From Mobula hypostoma (Eukaryota), in contig NC_086097.1 in assembly GCF_963921235.1 (NCBI RefSeq), positions 109,618,001-109,682,000 on the forward strand: DNA of 64,000 bases. The letters are read 5' to 3'. The notes below the pieces were generated by a model. That model was not told the origin of the DNA. It did not search any database and worked only from the letters and a program-made list of their open reading frames with translations. Each line of letters opens with the position of its first letter. Positions within the stretch are counted from its first letter, which is position 1. Positions 24,651-37,374 of this stretch are shown piece by piece. The translations under genes and the position numbers were made by a program.

Positions 24651-25659
24651 ACAACTGAACTGCCTTTTTGTTCTTGATTTTCATATTTGCATTATTATTT
24701 TGATTTTACTTAACCATGAAATGTTACCTCGCATCCTATGAATACATAATAATTTAGTTCCATAATATTTCATTATACAATATAATTCCTATACATAAAC
24801 CCTCAATATTTTGCTGGGAACATTTGGAGTTAAACCGAACTGGAAAGAGATCAATCGGTTGAAACGGTTTAAAGAGATGATTCAGAAGCTGGATTCATGA
24901 AGTGGTTTGCACAAAAGGCTAAAACCTAAGGGTAAAAAAGCCTTCAGGAAAAAAAAACTATCGAACATAGCTGAGGTCTTCACAAACATAACAAAGTGGC
25001 ATCACTTGTTCCATCAGCTGCACATCCGAAATAGCGGAAAGGATGTACACACCTGGAAAAGTTCCATCTATTATTGTAAGTAGAGGAAAAACAATAACGT
25101 AGTTTTCACAGGTTTGAAATAGACTTTAGAATATTTGCTTAAGCAAATGAGGCATAACTCCAATGTGTCATCCTCACCCCACCCCAGTGCAGCTGGACTA
25201 GAACTGATTGTACATCCAAGGTAAAAATGAACTAGTTAGGATTAAGGAACTGGAAACTGTCTACATGCCAGGGAGCATAAGTGTCACAAATATAAGCATT
25301 TTTGGCTTCTTTTGGGCATACACCAGTATGCACAAACAATTGTTTCTGATTAGTTCATATAAATTGTGTTTTCTTAAATGATTTATCCCTGTTTTGCAGT
25401 TGATGATCACTTGGTATCAGTTTTCCAGCTCAACAGTCATTTGCCTGTGTAAACTTGTCCTCATATAAAACAAATTCCCCTTTAACGTCACTCACTTAGC
25501 TTTTCCAGTTCAAAGGTGTGGTTAATGGCACACTGCACTTGCACAGGCCCAAACTACACTGATCTTTCTGTGGAATACATGGAACAGTGCCAGCTCTTCT
25601 TCTGATGATGCTGTAAGAAAGCTGTGCTTAAGTTAGTGGGGATGCAGAAAAGATTCACA

Positions 25660-27700
25660 ACAGACTTGATGTTATGTCGCAGCTTTATAAAATTTTAGTT
25701 GCGTTGCACCTGGAGTACCGCGTTGAATTTTGGTCACCTTGTTATAACAAGGATGGGAAAGGGTGCAGAAGAGGTTTAACAGGATCCTGCCTGAATTAGT
25801 GGGCATGTGCATTCTGAAGAGGTTAGACAAATTTGAGTTGTTTTTCCTGCTTCAACATAGGGTGAAGTGAGATCTGACGGAGGTTTGTAATGGTTGTGTT
25901 GAGTTGTTTTCCAATCCTGGCAGTACACTTGCAAACGCTTCATCACCATATGAAGATGCATCATCAGTGCTGTTCATTTGTGGAGAGACCTCCGAATGCT
26001 TGGCCTTTATATATTTATCAATTAGCTGATTGGACGTCATTATAGAAACTCAATTGTGATGTAAGAAGGGCATCTCGTCACTGATTGGTTTTGTGGCAAG
26101 CTCTGTGTGTTGTGGTCTGGAATTTTGCCCACATTGGCTTATAAGTAGGATGGGGGTGTACATGTCTGTTTACACATTTTCCAAATTATTTCCAGAGATT
26201 TATAAGATTAGGAGAGACATAGATGGAGTATACAGGTAGCACCTTTTTTCCCAGGGCTGCAATATCTAATGTTAGAGGCCATGTATTTAAGGTGAGGGAA
26301 GAAAGTTCAAAAAAGATATGCAGGGCAAATCTTTAATTTTATGTTATAAACACAGCGAGGGTAGGTGTCTGGAATGCACTGCCAAGGGTGGTGGTAGAGG
26401 CAGATACAAAATAGACTCTTAAGGAGCTCTTAGATAGGAAATGGCTGTGCAGAAAATAGAGGAATATGAAGGGGTTAGTTCAGTTAGGCATTTAATTATT
26501 AATTTAATGAGTACAGTACAATATTATGGGCAAAGTGCTTGTTCCTCTGCTGTACTGTTCTATATTCTCAGAATACTTCCTAGATTGAATTACAACAGAG
26601 AGCGGATAAAAAGGAGAGGAGAAGATGGCGGTGCGACGCAGCGCGCGCGGCCGGTCCAAAATGATATTGTATTTGTAAGTAGGATGCCATGCGCAATCCT
26701 GATTTGATGGAGACAGACGTGAGAAGCACAGAGGAACACCTGGAGAAACTTCTGAAATGCCCGCTTCGCTGCCGCTGCTACTATGCGATCGAGAATCTCC
26801 AGAGGGGAAGGCCCCAAATCCTTGGCTTTGCCTATTGCCTGTTGCTGGGGCCGGGGTCGAAGCGCTCGGCAGAGATGGTGCTCAATGCTTGGTGTCGGAG
26901 GGCTGGTCGGAGGCTTGAAGTTTTTGGACGGACTCAAGAGTCAGCTGTGGTTGGGTGCATTGGCAAGTTTGCGGCGCTGGAAGTTCATGGCAGGGAGGGT
27001 TTACCTTCCTCCTCCGTCTGCATGAGATGATGGGACTTTCGAGAGACTTTGAGACTTTTTTTTACCTTGCCCATGGTCTGTTCTTATTAAATCACAGTAT
27101 TGCTTTGCACTGTTATAACTATATGTTATAATTATGTGGTCTTTGTCAGTTTTTCAGTCTTGTTTGTCTTGTGTCTCTGTGATATCATTCTGGAGGAACA
27201 TTGTATCATTTCTTAATGCATGCGTTACTAAATGACAATAAGAGAGGACTGCGTGTCCTCATAATCTAATCTAATCTAATCTAATCTAACTGGGTTTGTT
27301 TTGCCTGGATCAGACGAGGCTGTAAGATGCAATGTTAGAGGTACTGTATGTAAATTAATGAGAGGCATAGATGGGCTAGGTAGGTACTGTTTGTTTCCAA
27401 ATAGTATGGCTGTCTGCAACTAGAGGGCAAAGGTTTGAAGTGATAGGGAGGAGGATGGCAGTGAGTCTGAAAGGTACATTTTCAAACTAGGACTAATTGA
27501 ATGAGCTGCAGGTTGAGGTGATAGAGGCAGAAACGGTTAGAATATCGAAAAGGTATTTGGACAGGGACTTGAATGAGCAAGGCAGAGAGCAGGGGTTCCC
27601 AGCCTTTTTTATGCCATGAGGCAATATCATTAAGCAAGCTGTCTGTGGACTCCAGGTTGGGAACCCCTGGGATTAATGTATAAATGGGGTTAGAATAGGT
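25660..27700 (+). mobile_element. Cluster of old CR1 3' fragments, one interrupted by the element at 26611-27289
   Basis: ctggagtaccgcgttgaattttggtcacct, agaggccatgtatttaaggtgag and actagagggcaaaggtttgaag motifs. Confidence 0.65.
26611..27289 (+). mobile_element. Young CpG-rich non-autonomous retroposon with 3' stem-loop and (TAATC)n tail
   Basis: Starts near AAGATGGCGG (26622-26631); CpGs retained; hairpin GAGGAC-TGCGT-GTCCTC at 27244-27260; pentamer tail at 27262-27289; splits a CR1 fragment. Confidence 0.75.
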
Positions 27701-27707
27701 AGGCACA

Positions 27708-28660
27708 GTTTCCTCCTCCTGTAGTCAATAATCAGCTCTTCAGCTGAGCAACGTTGAGTTAGATGTTGTTGTTGCTGTGACACCATTCAGCCAGATGGTG
27801 CCACAACCTCTCACTCAATGTCAGTAAAACCAAGAAGCTGGTTATTGACTACAGGAGGAGGAAACCAGAGGTCCATGAACCAGTCTTGATCAGGGGATCA
27901 GAGGTGAAAAGGGTCTGTAACCTAACTTCCTCAGCATTATCATTTCACAGGATCTGTTCTGGACAAGTACAGAAGTGCCATTTCAAGGAAGATAAGGCAG
28001 TGCCTTTACTTTCTTAGAAGTTTGTACAGATTCAGCATGTCATCTAAAACTTTAATGAATTTCTGTAGTTGCACAGTGGAGAGTATCCTGACTGGATGCA
28101 TCATGGCCTGGTATGGAAACACTAATTCCCATGAACAGCAAAACCTGGAAGAAGCAGTGGATATCGTACAGCCCAGTCCATCACGGGAAAGCCGTCCCCA
28201 CCGTTGAGACACGTGTACAAGGAGCTCTGCCGTAAGGAAGCAGCATCCTTCTCCAGTACGCCCACCATCCTGGCCATGCTCTCTTCTCACTGCTGCCATT
28301 GCAAAGGAGATACAGGAGCCTTAGGTTCCACACCACCACGTTCAGGAAAGGTTATTACCCTTCAACCATCAGACTCCTCAACTAGAGTGGACAACTTCAC
28401 TCACCTCAACACTGAATTGATTCCACAATCTATGGGCACACTTTCAAGGACTCTACAAATCATGTTCTCAGTATTATTTATTACTTATTTAGTTATTATT
28501 ATTACTATTACTATTTTATCTTATTGTATTTGCACAGTTTGTCATCTTTTGTGCATTGGTTGTTTGTCCATTTTTGTTTCTATGTAGTTTTTACATTGAT
28601 TCTACCGTGTTTCTTTGTATTTCATATGAATACCAGCAAGAAAATGAATCTCAGGGTAGT
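27708..28660 (+). mobile_element. Rex1/Babar LINE 3' fragment with inverted 5' piece
   Basis: TVESILTGCIMAWYGN peptide; 27708-27731 is the reverse complement of 27842-27865. Confidence 0.8.
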
Positions 28661-29059
28661 AATTTTTGGATTGAAAAATTGCAGATGGAATTTAATGCGG
28701 ATGAGTGTGAGGTAGAGCTTACAAAGTGAGCAGTAGGGCTGAGGGATCTGGAAATATGGACCCGTAATACGCTGAAGGCAGTATCACAGCTAGACAGGGT
28801 TATTAAGAAAGCTTTTGGCACATTGGCCTTCATCTATCAATATATTGAGTACAGCAGTTGAGGTGGTCTGTTGAAATTTGATTTCATTTTTTATCAACAG
28901 AGCCACCTGACTTCCTCTGCCCATCTGCTTGTTCTTTTGTTACGATGTGTATTCCCAGTGGCACCTACGTCCACAGTGGTGAAGTAGTTTCAGGCTGGTG
29001 TTCAAGCATATCAGCTCATGTCTGAATGGCAACTTGGATCCACTTCAATTCACCTACTG

Positions 29060-30336
29060 AAGCAACAGGTCTACAGCAGATGCCTTCTCATTGGCTCTTC
29101 ACACAACCCTAGAACATCTGGACAGCAAAGATGCATACATCAGGATGTTCTTTTTCGATTGCAGCTCAGCTTTTAATACCATCATCCCCTCAAAACTAGT
29201 CAGTAAACTCAAAGATTGAGACCTCAATATCCCCTTGTGCAATTGGATTCTGGCTTTTCTCACTTGTAGACGCCAGTCAGTTTGGATTGGCAAAAACATC
29301 TCCACAATCTCCATCAGCGCAGGAGCAGTGCAGATGTGTGTACTTAGCCCCCTGCTCTACTTGCTTTACACCAATGATTGTGTGGCCAAGTACAGTTTCA
29401 ACTCCATATACACCACTGTTGCTGATGACACTACTGTTGTAGGCTGTGTCAAAGGTGGTGATGAATCAGCACACAGGAGGGAGGCTGAAAATTTGGCTAG
29501 GTGGTGTAATAACAACAACCTCTCACTCAGTGTCAATAAAACCAAGGAGCTGATTGTAGACTTCAGGAGAGGGGAGCCAGAGGTCCATGAGCCAGTAATC
29601 ATTGGCGGATCAGAGGTGGAGAGGGTCAGTAACTTTAAATTCCAGGTGTCACTCGCTCAGAGGATCTGTCCTGGACCACCATGTAAATATAATTGTAAGG
29701 AGAGTATGGCAGCACCTCTACTTCCTCAGGAGTCTATGGAGATTTGGCATGGCCTCAAAAACCTTGCCAAACTTCTACAGATACGTGGTGGAAAGTGTGC
29801 TGACAGGCTGCATTACAGCCTGTTATGGGAACACCAATGCCTTTGAGTGGAAAATCCTACAAAAGGTAGTGGATTCATTCATCATGGGTAAAACCCACCC
29901 AACCATTGAGCACATCTACATGAAACATTGCTGTAAGAAAGCAGCATCAATCATCAAAGATCCTCACCAACCAGGCAAAGCTCTTTTGTCGCTACTGCCA
30001 TCAGATAGAAGGTACAAGTACCTCAGGACTGGCACTACCAGGTTCAAGTACATTTACTATCCCTTAACTATCAGGCTCTTGAACAAGAATAACTACAGTC
30101 ATCCTACTTCTGGTGTTTCCACAATCAATGGTCTCATTTTAAGGACTCTTTACCCTGTTACTTCATATCCTTTATTTATTGCTATTTATTTACTTTTGCA
30201 TTTACAGTTTGTTTTCTGCTGATCCTGTTTACAGTAACTGTTCTATAGATTTGCTTAAGTAGGCCCGCAGAAAAGAATCTCAGTGTTGTATGTGATGACA
30301 TGTATGTACTCTGATAATGAATTTTACTTCGAACTT
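29060..30336 (+). mobile_element. Rex1/Babar LINE RT and C-terminus
   Basis: CNWILAFLT, CVLSPLLY, VADDTTVVG, KTKELIVDFRR, VESVLTGCITACYGN; frameshifted; cgaactttg tail. Confidence 0.9.
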
Positions 30337-31009
30337 TGTATTCTTGGATGTTAAGCTCCCATCTTCTTCCATCCATGACCCTGTGATACTCAGTGTCATA
30401 CCTGCCAATTTCTAATTGTGCTACAAGATCATCTATCTTATTTTGTATACAGTGTGCATTCAAATATATCACCTTCAGTCCTGTATTCACCAGCCTTCTT
30501 CTCAATTTTCAACAAGTTGGGTGATGCTCATTGAAATTTACCCAGAATGCACCAGTTAGGATAGTGAAAAGTACTTGAAAGTGAAGGAAAAAAAGAGTAA
30601 GTTTTTTTTTGTGATCTGTTAAATATCCCTGTAATTACATATTTCAATTTGTTTTCGTAGTTGGAAGGGAGACCTTGAAAGATCATGAATCTGGTAATTT
30701 GAATATTTTTAGGATTAAACAAATGAATTGGAAAGTTGATGGAAAATTTATCAAATACAGTTCTTTCCTCTAGTTCCATAAAATCTTGTCTAAACACAAC
30801 TCATCTTTGATAATTCATTTTGAATGTGTAAGAATTCAATTCTATGTTAATTCCAGAAAGCTGTGCCAAATGCACGACACTGCCAAGTAGCTGGAGCTTA
30901 ACTGATTTCCACATTATTATTGGTGTAGGTTATTAATATGTCCTTATTGGTAACCTGTTATTATAATGTATTCATTTTTAAATTTACTCCATTATACCAC
31001 AGCACTTAC

Positions 31010-31180
31010 CACCTGTTGCATGACGATGGAGAAGGGGATGTTTCTCTGCCTCTCCTGATGTACTTTGATCCATTACCATTCTTGCCTTCCTCATCAATAT
31101 TCAATTCACTTCTTTAGGCTTGTGTAGGTTGGTGATGGTTTTCAATCTTCCAGTAATAGACGGGCCTTTGATTCCACTGG
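31010..31180 (-). other. Candidate exon (171 nt) with 5' UTR and possible start MRKARMVMDQSTSGEAEKHPLLHRHATG
   Basis: Acceptor atgcttttcag and strong donor GTG|gtaagt. All three frames are closed in the 5' half. The ATG frame ends in phase 1, compatible with exon 14368-14416. Confidence 0.45.
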
Positions 31181-32676
31181 CTGAAAAGCATAATATATAT
31201 GGTTCAATTCCTCATAAGTCAATCTGATCAAAAGAGGGGTCAAAACTAGTTTTGGAACTATTTTCTGATCACATTAATCATGTCAATGAATTATACCCAT
31301 TTTTGTATTTTATGGAAGAAACAGTATCTCTATAGAGTCAATTAACAATAGCCCATTTTGCAAGTTGTCCCTATTAGTTGTAAAATGGGGGTGTATTGCA
31401 ATCTGGTTCTGATTCCACCACTATATTCAAGAAGATTACTTTATTATATAAGAACAGTGTACACTGTTCACGTAAACACATTTCTCATGTCCTTTCTGCT
31501 GTTCATAGCAGCAAATGAATTAGCTTTCAGTTGCCCTTGATACAACTCTGTCATGACTACAGTTTGAAAGCAAAGCATGCTTGATCAATTCAAAAACACA
31601 TTTCTCAAGAGAGAACAAAACAATGCTTTCACATTCATTATACTGATTTGACACTATGACTACACCAGTTTATGATCCTTGGCACTACATACAAATCCAG
31701 TCCAAAGAGTTCACTCCATCAATGGCAAAATCTCCTTCCTTTATACACATGATCAAGCATCTTCTTGCTGCATGACAGGTACCTTCTATCACATGATAAA
31801 TTACAGCAATCAGTTTTAATCAGTCCATTCACTGCACTCCTGAGACATTAAAAAAGACACTGGTGTGATAATGATTAACAATGTACATTGCACATGTCAC
31901 AAAATGTTCAACATCACTACTCTAAACCAATTACGAAGTTCTTGCTGTCTTCCACTACATACTCCACCACTTGATGCTTTTACTGAACAACTACATAGTC
32001 CATATTCTAGACTCTAGTACCTAGAGCATGTAACTCATACAAATGTTTTCATTCTGCAGAAGTACAAATACTAAGACCTTGCCCCTCACCTGGTCTCACC
32101 TATCACCTGCCAGCTTGTAATCTTTCCTCTCTCCCCACTTTCTTATGCTAGCTTCTGCCCCCATCCTTTCCAGCCCTGATGAAAGGTCATCGACTGTTTA
32201 TTCCTCTCCACTGATGCTGCGTCACCTGCTAAACTCCTCCAGCATTTTGTGTGTGTTGCTCAAGATTTCCAGCAGTTTCAGAATCCTTTGTGACGAAGTA
32301 TGATTAAACCTGTTCCTGGATGGATAAATGAAATTGAGCAATAATTTTGGTTTGATCTTGGTGATGTTATTGTTGATTTGGCTCTTCTTTCTTGTTACTT
32401 AGAGTTCTGACTCTGAATACATAGAGGGTTAACACTGTAACACTCAATATATATTCACTTGATTAATAATTTCCCCATTATTGACAACACTTTCTGAGTA
32501 ATATTCCTGCACCTTTGCCCCTTTACAAATAACTGCTTTTTGGGTGTCACTATTTTGCATTCCTCTGATGGTTTAGAAAATCTATGTGCATTCATTATTT
32601 GTTGGAAGGATGACATTTTTGTTAGTAGTCAATTGTTGAGATTAAACTAGATCCAATTTAAAACACCTAACCATTC

Positions 32677-32950
32677 TTGGGTGGCAGGGTGGAGATATAT
32701 CGCTACCAAAAGTGGAGTAAGACCTTACCTCCGCCAACCTGTGGGAGACCCTTGGGCAAGGTGAAGCACCTGCTTAGTCCCCCGATCAGAAGCCACGGGA
32801 GCAGACTGATACCAGGCAGACAATCTCTGTAGAGTATTGATAATGGCTGGGGTCACCTGTCTTGTAAGACACTGCCCAAAAGAAGGGAATGGCAAACCAC
32901 TTCTGCAGAAAAATTTGCCACTAGACTATGATCACCTACAACATATGACA
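32677..32950 (+). mobile_element. RTE-related SINE-like element
   Basis: 3' motif GAAGGGAATGGCAAACCACTTC, typical of RTE/BovB-associated SINE tails. Confidence 0.5.
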
Positions 32951-33978
32951 CAACACATAACGGTTAAGCGAACCATTCCTACAGAGTATATCAGAGTCTC
33001 AACTGTTTTACATGTTGATCAGCAATTCATTTAGCTGTTCAATTAATCCAGATACAGGTGTTTAAGAAAATAAACCAGGAAATTATAGGCCGGTGAGCCT
33101 GACATCAAGAGTGAGAAAGTTATTCTAAGGTATTCTAAGGGACCAGATATATGAAAATTTATATAGACAAAGATAGTCAGTGTGGCTTCATGTTTAACCA
33201 GTCCCATAGAGTTTTTTTGATGAAATTAGGAGGAACGTTGATGAAGGCAAGGCAGTGGATGTAGTCTACATGGACTTTAGCAATGTATTAGGCAAGGTCC
33301 CGGGAGGTTCCTCAAGAAAGTTGTCATTCGGCATTCAATATGAGGTAGTAAGTTGGAATAGATGTTCGTCTTGTGGGAGAGGACAGAGAATGGTAGTAGA
33401 TGGTTGCTTCTTTGACTGGAAGCCTATGATGAGTGGAGTGCTGCAGGGATCAGTGCTGGTTCCATCATTGTTTATCTTCTGCAGGAATGATCTGCATGAT
33501 AATGGGGTAAACTATATCAGCAAGTATGTGGATGACATCAAGATTGAGGGTGCAGTGCACTGCAAGGACTACTATCATGAGTTGCAGTGGACTGCACCCT
33601 CTCGACCAGCTGGAAGAATAGGCTAAAAAATGGCAGATGGAATTAATGCAGCCAAGTGCGAGATGTTGCACTTTGGTAGGACCAGCCAGGGTGGGTCTTA
33701 TACAATGAATGGTAGGGCACTGACGAGTGCAGTAGAACAAAGGGATCTGGGAATACAGGTCCATAAATCATTGAAAATGGCATCATAGGTTGACAGGGTC
33801 ATAAAGAAGGGTTTTGGAACACTGGTCTTCATAAATCAATGTATTAAGTGCAGGAGATGAGATGTTATGCTGAAGTTGTATACAACATTAATGAGGCCTA
33901 ATTTGGAGTATTGTATACAGATTTGATCATCTACCTACAGGAAGGATGTAAATAAGGTTGAAAGAGTACAAAGAAAAT

Positions 33979-36199
33979 AAGGGAGGTGCTGTTGTAGTCT
34001 GGCGTACTGACCTCTACCTTGCCGAAGCACAGCGACAACTCGCGGATACCTCCTCTTATTTGCCCCTCAATCGTGACCCCACTAAGGAGCACCAGGCCAT
34101 TGTCTCCCATACCATCACCGACTTTATCCGCTCAGAGGATCTCCCATCCACTGCTACCAACCTTATAGTTCCCACACCTGGCACTTCCCTTTTCTACCTC
34201 CTACCCAAGATCCACAAACCTGCCTGTCCTGGCCGACCTATTGTCTCAGCTTGCTCTTGCCCCACCGAACTCGTTTCTGCATACCTCAACACGGTTTTAT
34301 CCCCCCTTGTTCAATCCCTTCTTGCCTACTTTCGTGACACTTCTCACGCTCTTAAACTTTTCAATGATTTTAAGTTCCCTGGTCCCCACCGCTTTATTTT
34401 TACCATGGATGTCCAGTCCCTATATACTTCCATCCCCCATCAGGAAGGTCTCAGAGCTCTCCACTTCTTTTTGGATTCCAGACCTAATCAGTTCCCCTCT
34501 ACCACCACTCTGCTCCGTCTAGTGTAATTAGTCCTTACTCTTAATAATTTCTCCTTTTGCTCCTCCCACTTCCTCCAAACTAAAGATGTAGCTATGGGCA
34601 CCCGTATGGGTCCTAGCTATGCCTGTCTTTTTGTTGGCTTCATGAAACAATCTATGTTCCAAACCTATTCTGGCATCTGTCCCCCACTTTTCCTTCGCTA
34701 CATTGACAACTGCATTGGCGCTGCTTCCTGCACGCATGCTGAGCTCGTTGACTTCATTAACTTTGCCTCCAACTTTCACCCTGCCCTCAAGCTTACCTGG
34801 TCCATTTCCGACACCTCCCTCCCCTTTCTAGATCTTTCTGTTTCCATCTCTGGAGACAGCTTATCTACTGATGTCTACTATAAGCCTACTGACCCTCACA
34901 GCTATCTGGACTATTCCTCTTCTCACCCTGTCGCTTGCAAAAATGCCATCCCCTTCCCTCAATTCCTCCGTCTCCATTGCATCTGCTCTCAGGATGAGGC
35001 TTTTCATTCCAGGACGAGGGAGATGTCCTCCTTTTTTAAAGAACGGGGCTTCCCTTCCTCCACCATCAACTCTGTTCTCAAATGCATCTCCCCCATTTCA
35101 CGTACATCTGCTCTCACTCCATCCTCCCGTCACCCCACCAGGAATAGGGTTCCCCTGGTCCTCACCTACCACCCCACCAGCCTCCGGGTCCAACATATTA
35201 TTCTCCGTAACTTCCGCCACCTCCAACGGGATCCCACCACTAAGCACATCTTCCTCCCCTCCCTCTCTCTGCTTTCCGCAGGGATCGCTCCCTACGTGAC
35301 TCCCTTGTCCATTCGTCCCCCCCATTCCTCCCCACTGATCTCCCTCCTGGCAGTTATCCGTGTAAGCGGAACAAGTGCTACACATGCCCTTACACTTCCT
35401 CCCTTACCACTTTCAAGGTCCCAGACAATCCTTCCAGGTGAGGCAACACTTCACCTGTGAGTCGGCTGGTGTGATATACTGCGTCCGGTGCTCCCGATGT
35501 GGCCTTCTATATATTGGCAAGACCCGACGCAGACTGGGAGATCATTTTGCTGAACACCTATGCTCTGTCCGCCAGAGAAAGCAGGATCTCCCAGTGGCCA
35601 CACATTTTAATTCCACATCCCATTCCCATTCTGATATGTCTATCCACGGCCTCCTCTACTGTAAAGATGAAACCACACTCAGGTTGGAGGAACAATACCT
35701 TATATTCCGTCTGGGTAGCCTCCAACCTGATGGCATGAACATTGACTTCTCTAACTTCCGCTAATGCCCCACTTCCCCCTTGTACCCCATCCGATATTTA
35801 TTTATATACACACATTCCTTCTCTCTCTCTACTTTTTCTCCCTCTATCCCTCTGACTATACCCCTTGCCCATCCTCTGGGTTTTTCCCCCCCTCCCCCTT
35901 TTCTTTCTCCCTGGGCCTCCTGCCCCATGATCCTCTCATATCCCTTTTGCCTATCACCTGTCCAGCTCTTGGCTCCATCCCTCCCCCTCCTGTCTTCTCC
36001 TATCATTTTGGATCTCCCCTTCCCCCTTTCCACTTTCAAATCTCTTACTAGCTCTTCCTTCAGTTAGTCCTGATGAAGGGTCTTGGCCCGAAACGTCAAC
36101 TGTACCTCTTCCTAGAGATGCTGCCTGGCCTGCTGCGTTCACCAGCAACTTTGATGTGTGTTGCTTGAATTTCCAGCATCTGCAGAATTCCTCGTGTTT
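33979..36199 (+). mobile_element. Penelope-like retroelement (Neptune-type), 5'-truncated: RT, Cys linker, GIY-YIG endonuclease, terminal region; inactivated
   Basis: KGGAVVVW, FYLLPKIHK, TMDVQSLYTSIP, MGTRMGPSYA, LRYIDN, linker CKRNKCYTC, VIYCVRCSRCGLLYIGKT..RLGDHFAEH. Premature stop at 34525-34527 and frameshifts near 35260 and 35420. Confidence 0.93.
36066..36102 (+). ncRNA. Minimal type I hammerhead ribozyme motif downstream of PLE ORF
   Basis: AGTC-CTGATGA-A-GGGTCTTGGCCC-GAAA-CG-TC-AACTG, with one stem I mismatch. Confidence 0.72.
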
Positions 36200-37068
36200 A
36201 CAAGAATGTTGCTGGGTCTGGAGGACGTGCGTTATATGGAAAGACTGAATAGGTTAGGACTTCATTCCTTGAAGGTTGAGAGGAGATTTGATAGAGGTAT
36301 ACAAAATGATGAGGGGTATAGATAGGGTAAATGCAAGCAGTCTTTTTACACTGAGTGGGACTACAACTAGAGGTCATCAGTTAAGGGTGAAAATTTTTAA
36401 GGGGAACATGAGGGGAACAAGGATTCCTTGTCTCATATGTTTGATATTCATTATGTATTTATTTATTATTATTATTATTGCTTTTTTTTTTCTCTTTTTG
36501 CGTTCGGACAGTTTGTTGTCCTTTGCACACTGGTTGATTTGTTTCAGTCTTTCGTTAATTCTATTATGGTCATTATTCTATGGAATTATTGAGTATGCCC
36601 ACAAGAAAATGAATCTCAGGATTGTATATGGTGATATATATTTACTTTGATAATAAAATTTACTTTGATTCAGAATTCAGAAATTCAGAATCACAGAAAC
36701 GTCTGTGGTGGGTAAGTGGCCATGCATGTGAAAGGCAGTCACTAGTCAGCCTCGCTGACTCTGTCAGTGAGCAGTTGTGTCTCCTTAGTACTACCCACTC
36801 TGCGTGGTTTGACCCAGCCCTTGATTGTTGCAGTTCCATTGTGGGCCATGTGTGGGGGTAGGGAAAGAAGACCCACAGAAATACCCCATTCCCACCCAGT
36901 GGAAGACACCTGTATGCACACAATAGCTGGTAAATCCATCCACATCTATCCTGTCAGTGTCACAAGGGCTTATTCATATATATGGGATGTCTATAAGTCA
37001 CGAGTTTGTAATCTGGGGAGGACTTGTAGGTGTTGATAACTCTTTTGTAAAAAGGTTATACATAATCC

Positions 37069-37374
37069 TGTTGGCGTGTGGCCAAGTGGTTAAGGCGTTC
37101 GTCTAGTGATTTGAAGGTCGCTAGTTCGAGCCTTGTCTGAGGCAGTGTGTGTGTCCTTGAGCAAGGCACTTAATCACACACTGCTCTGCGACGACACTGG
37201 TGCCAAGCTGTATGGGTCCTAATGCCCTTCCCTTAGACAACATTGGTGGCGTGGAGAGGGGAGACTTGCAGCATGGGCAACTGCCAGTCTTCCATACAAC
37301 CTTGCCCAGGCCTGCACCCTGGAAAACTTCCAAGGCACAAATCCATGGTCTCATGAGAGTAACGGATGCCTATG
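37069..37374 (+). mobile_element. tRNA-derived SINE with TSD
   Basis: A box TGGCCAAGTGG and B box AGTTCGAGCC in the head; direct repeat TACATAATCC at 37059-37068 and 37375-37384. Confidence 0.85.

Larger units (their letters stand above)
33060..36420 (+). mobile_element. CR1 LINE RT region split by a PLE insertion (33060-33978 and 36200-36420)
   Basis: VDVVYMDFS, SGVLQGSVL, ISKYVDDIKI. The sequence ...AAAGAGTACAAAGAAAAT resumes as (TT)ACAAGAATGTTGCTGGG after the PLE, then RGDLIEVYKMMRG. Confidence 0.88.

Noticed and set aside
24900..25620. Exon-like segments in unique sequence on both strands
   Set aside because: Splice sites and open frames do not agree; nothing here can be supported without RNA data.
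37078..37145. tRNA gene
   Set aside because: It continues into a SINE body, is flanked by a TSD, and lacks a complete acceptor stem.
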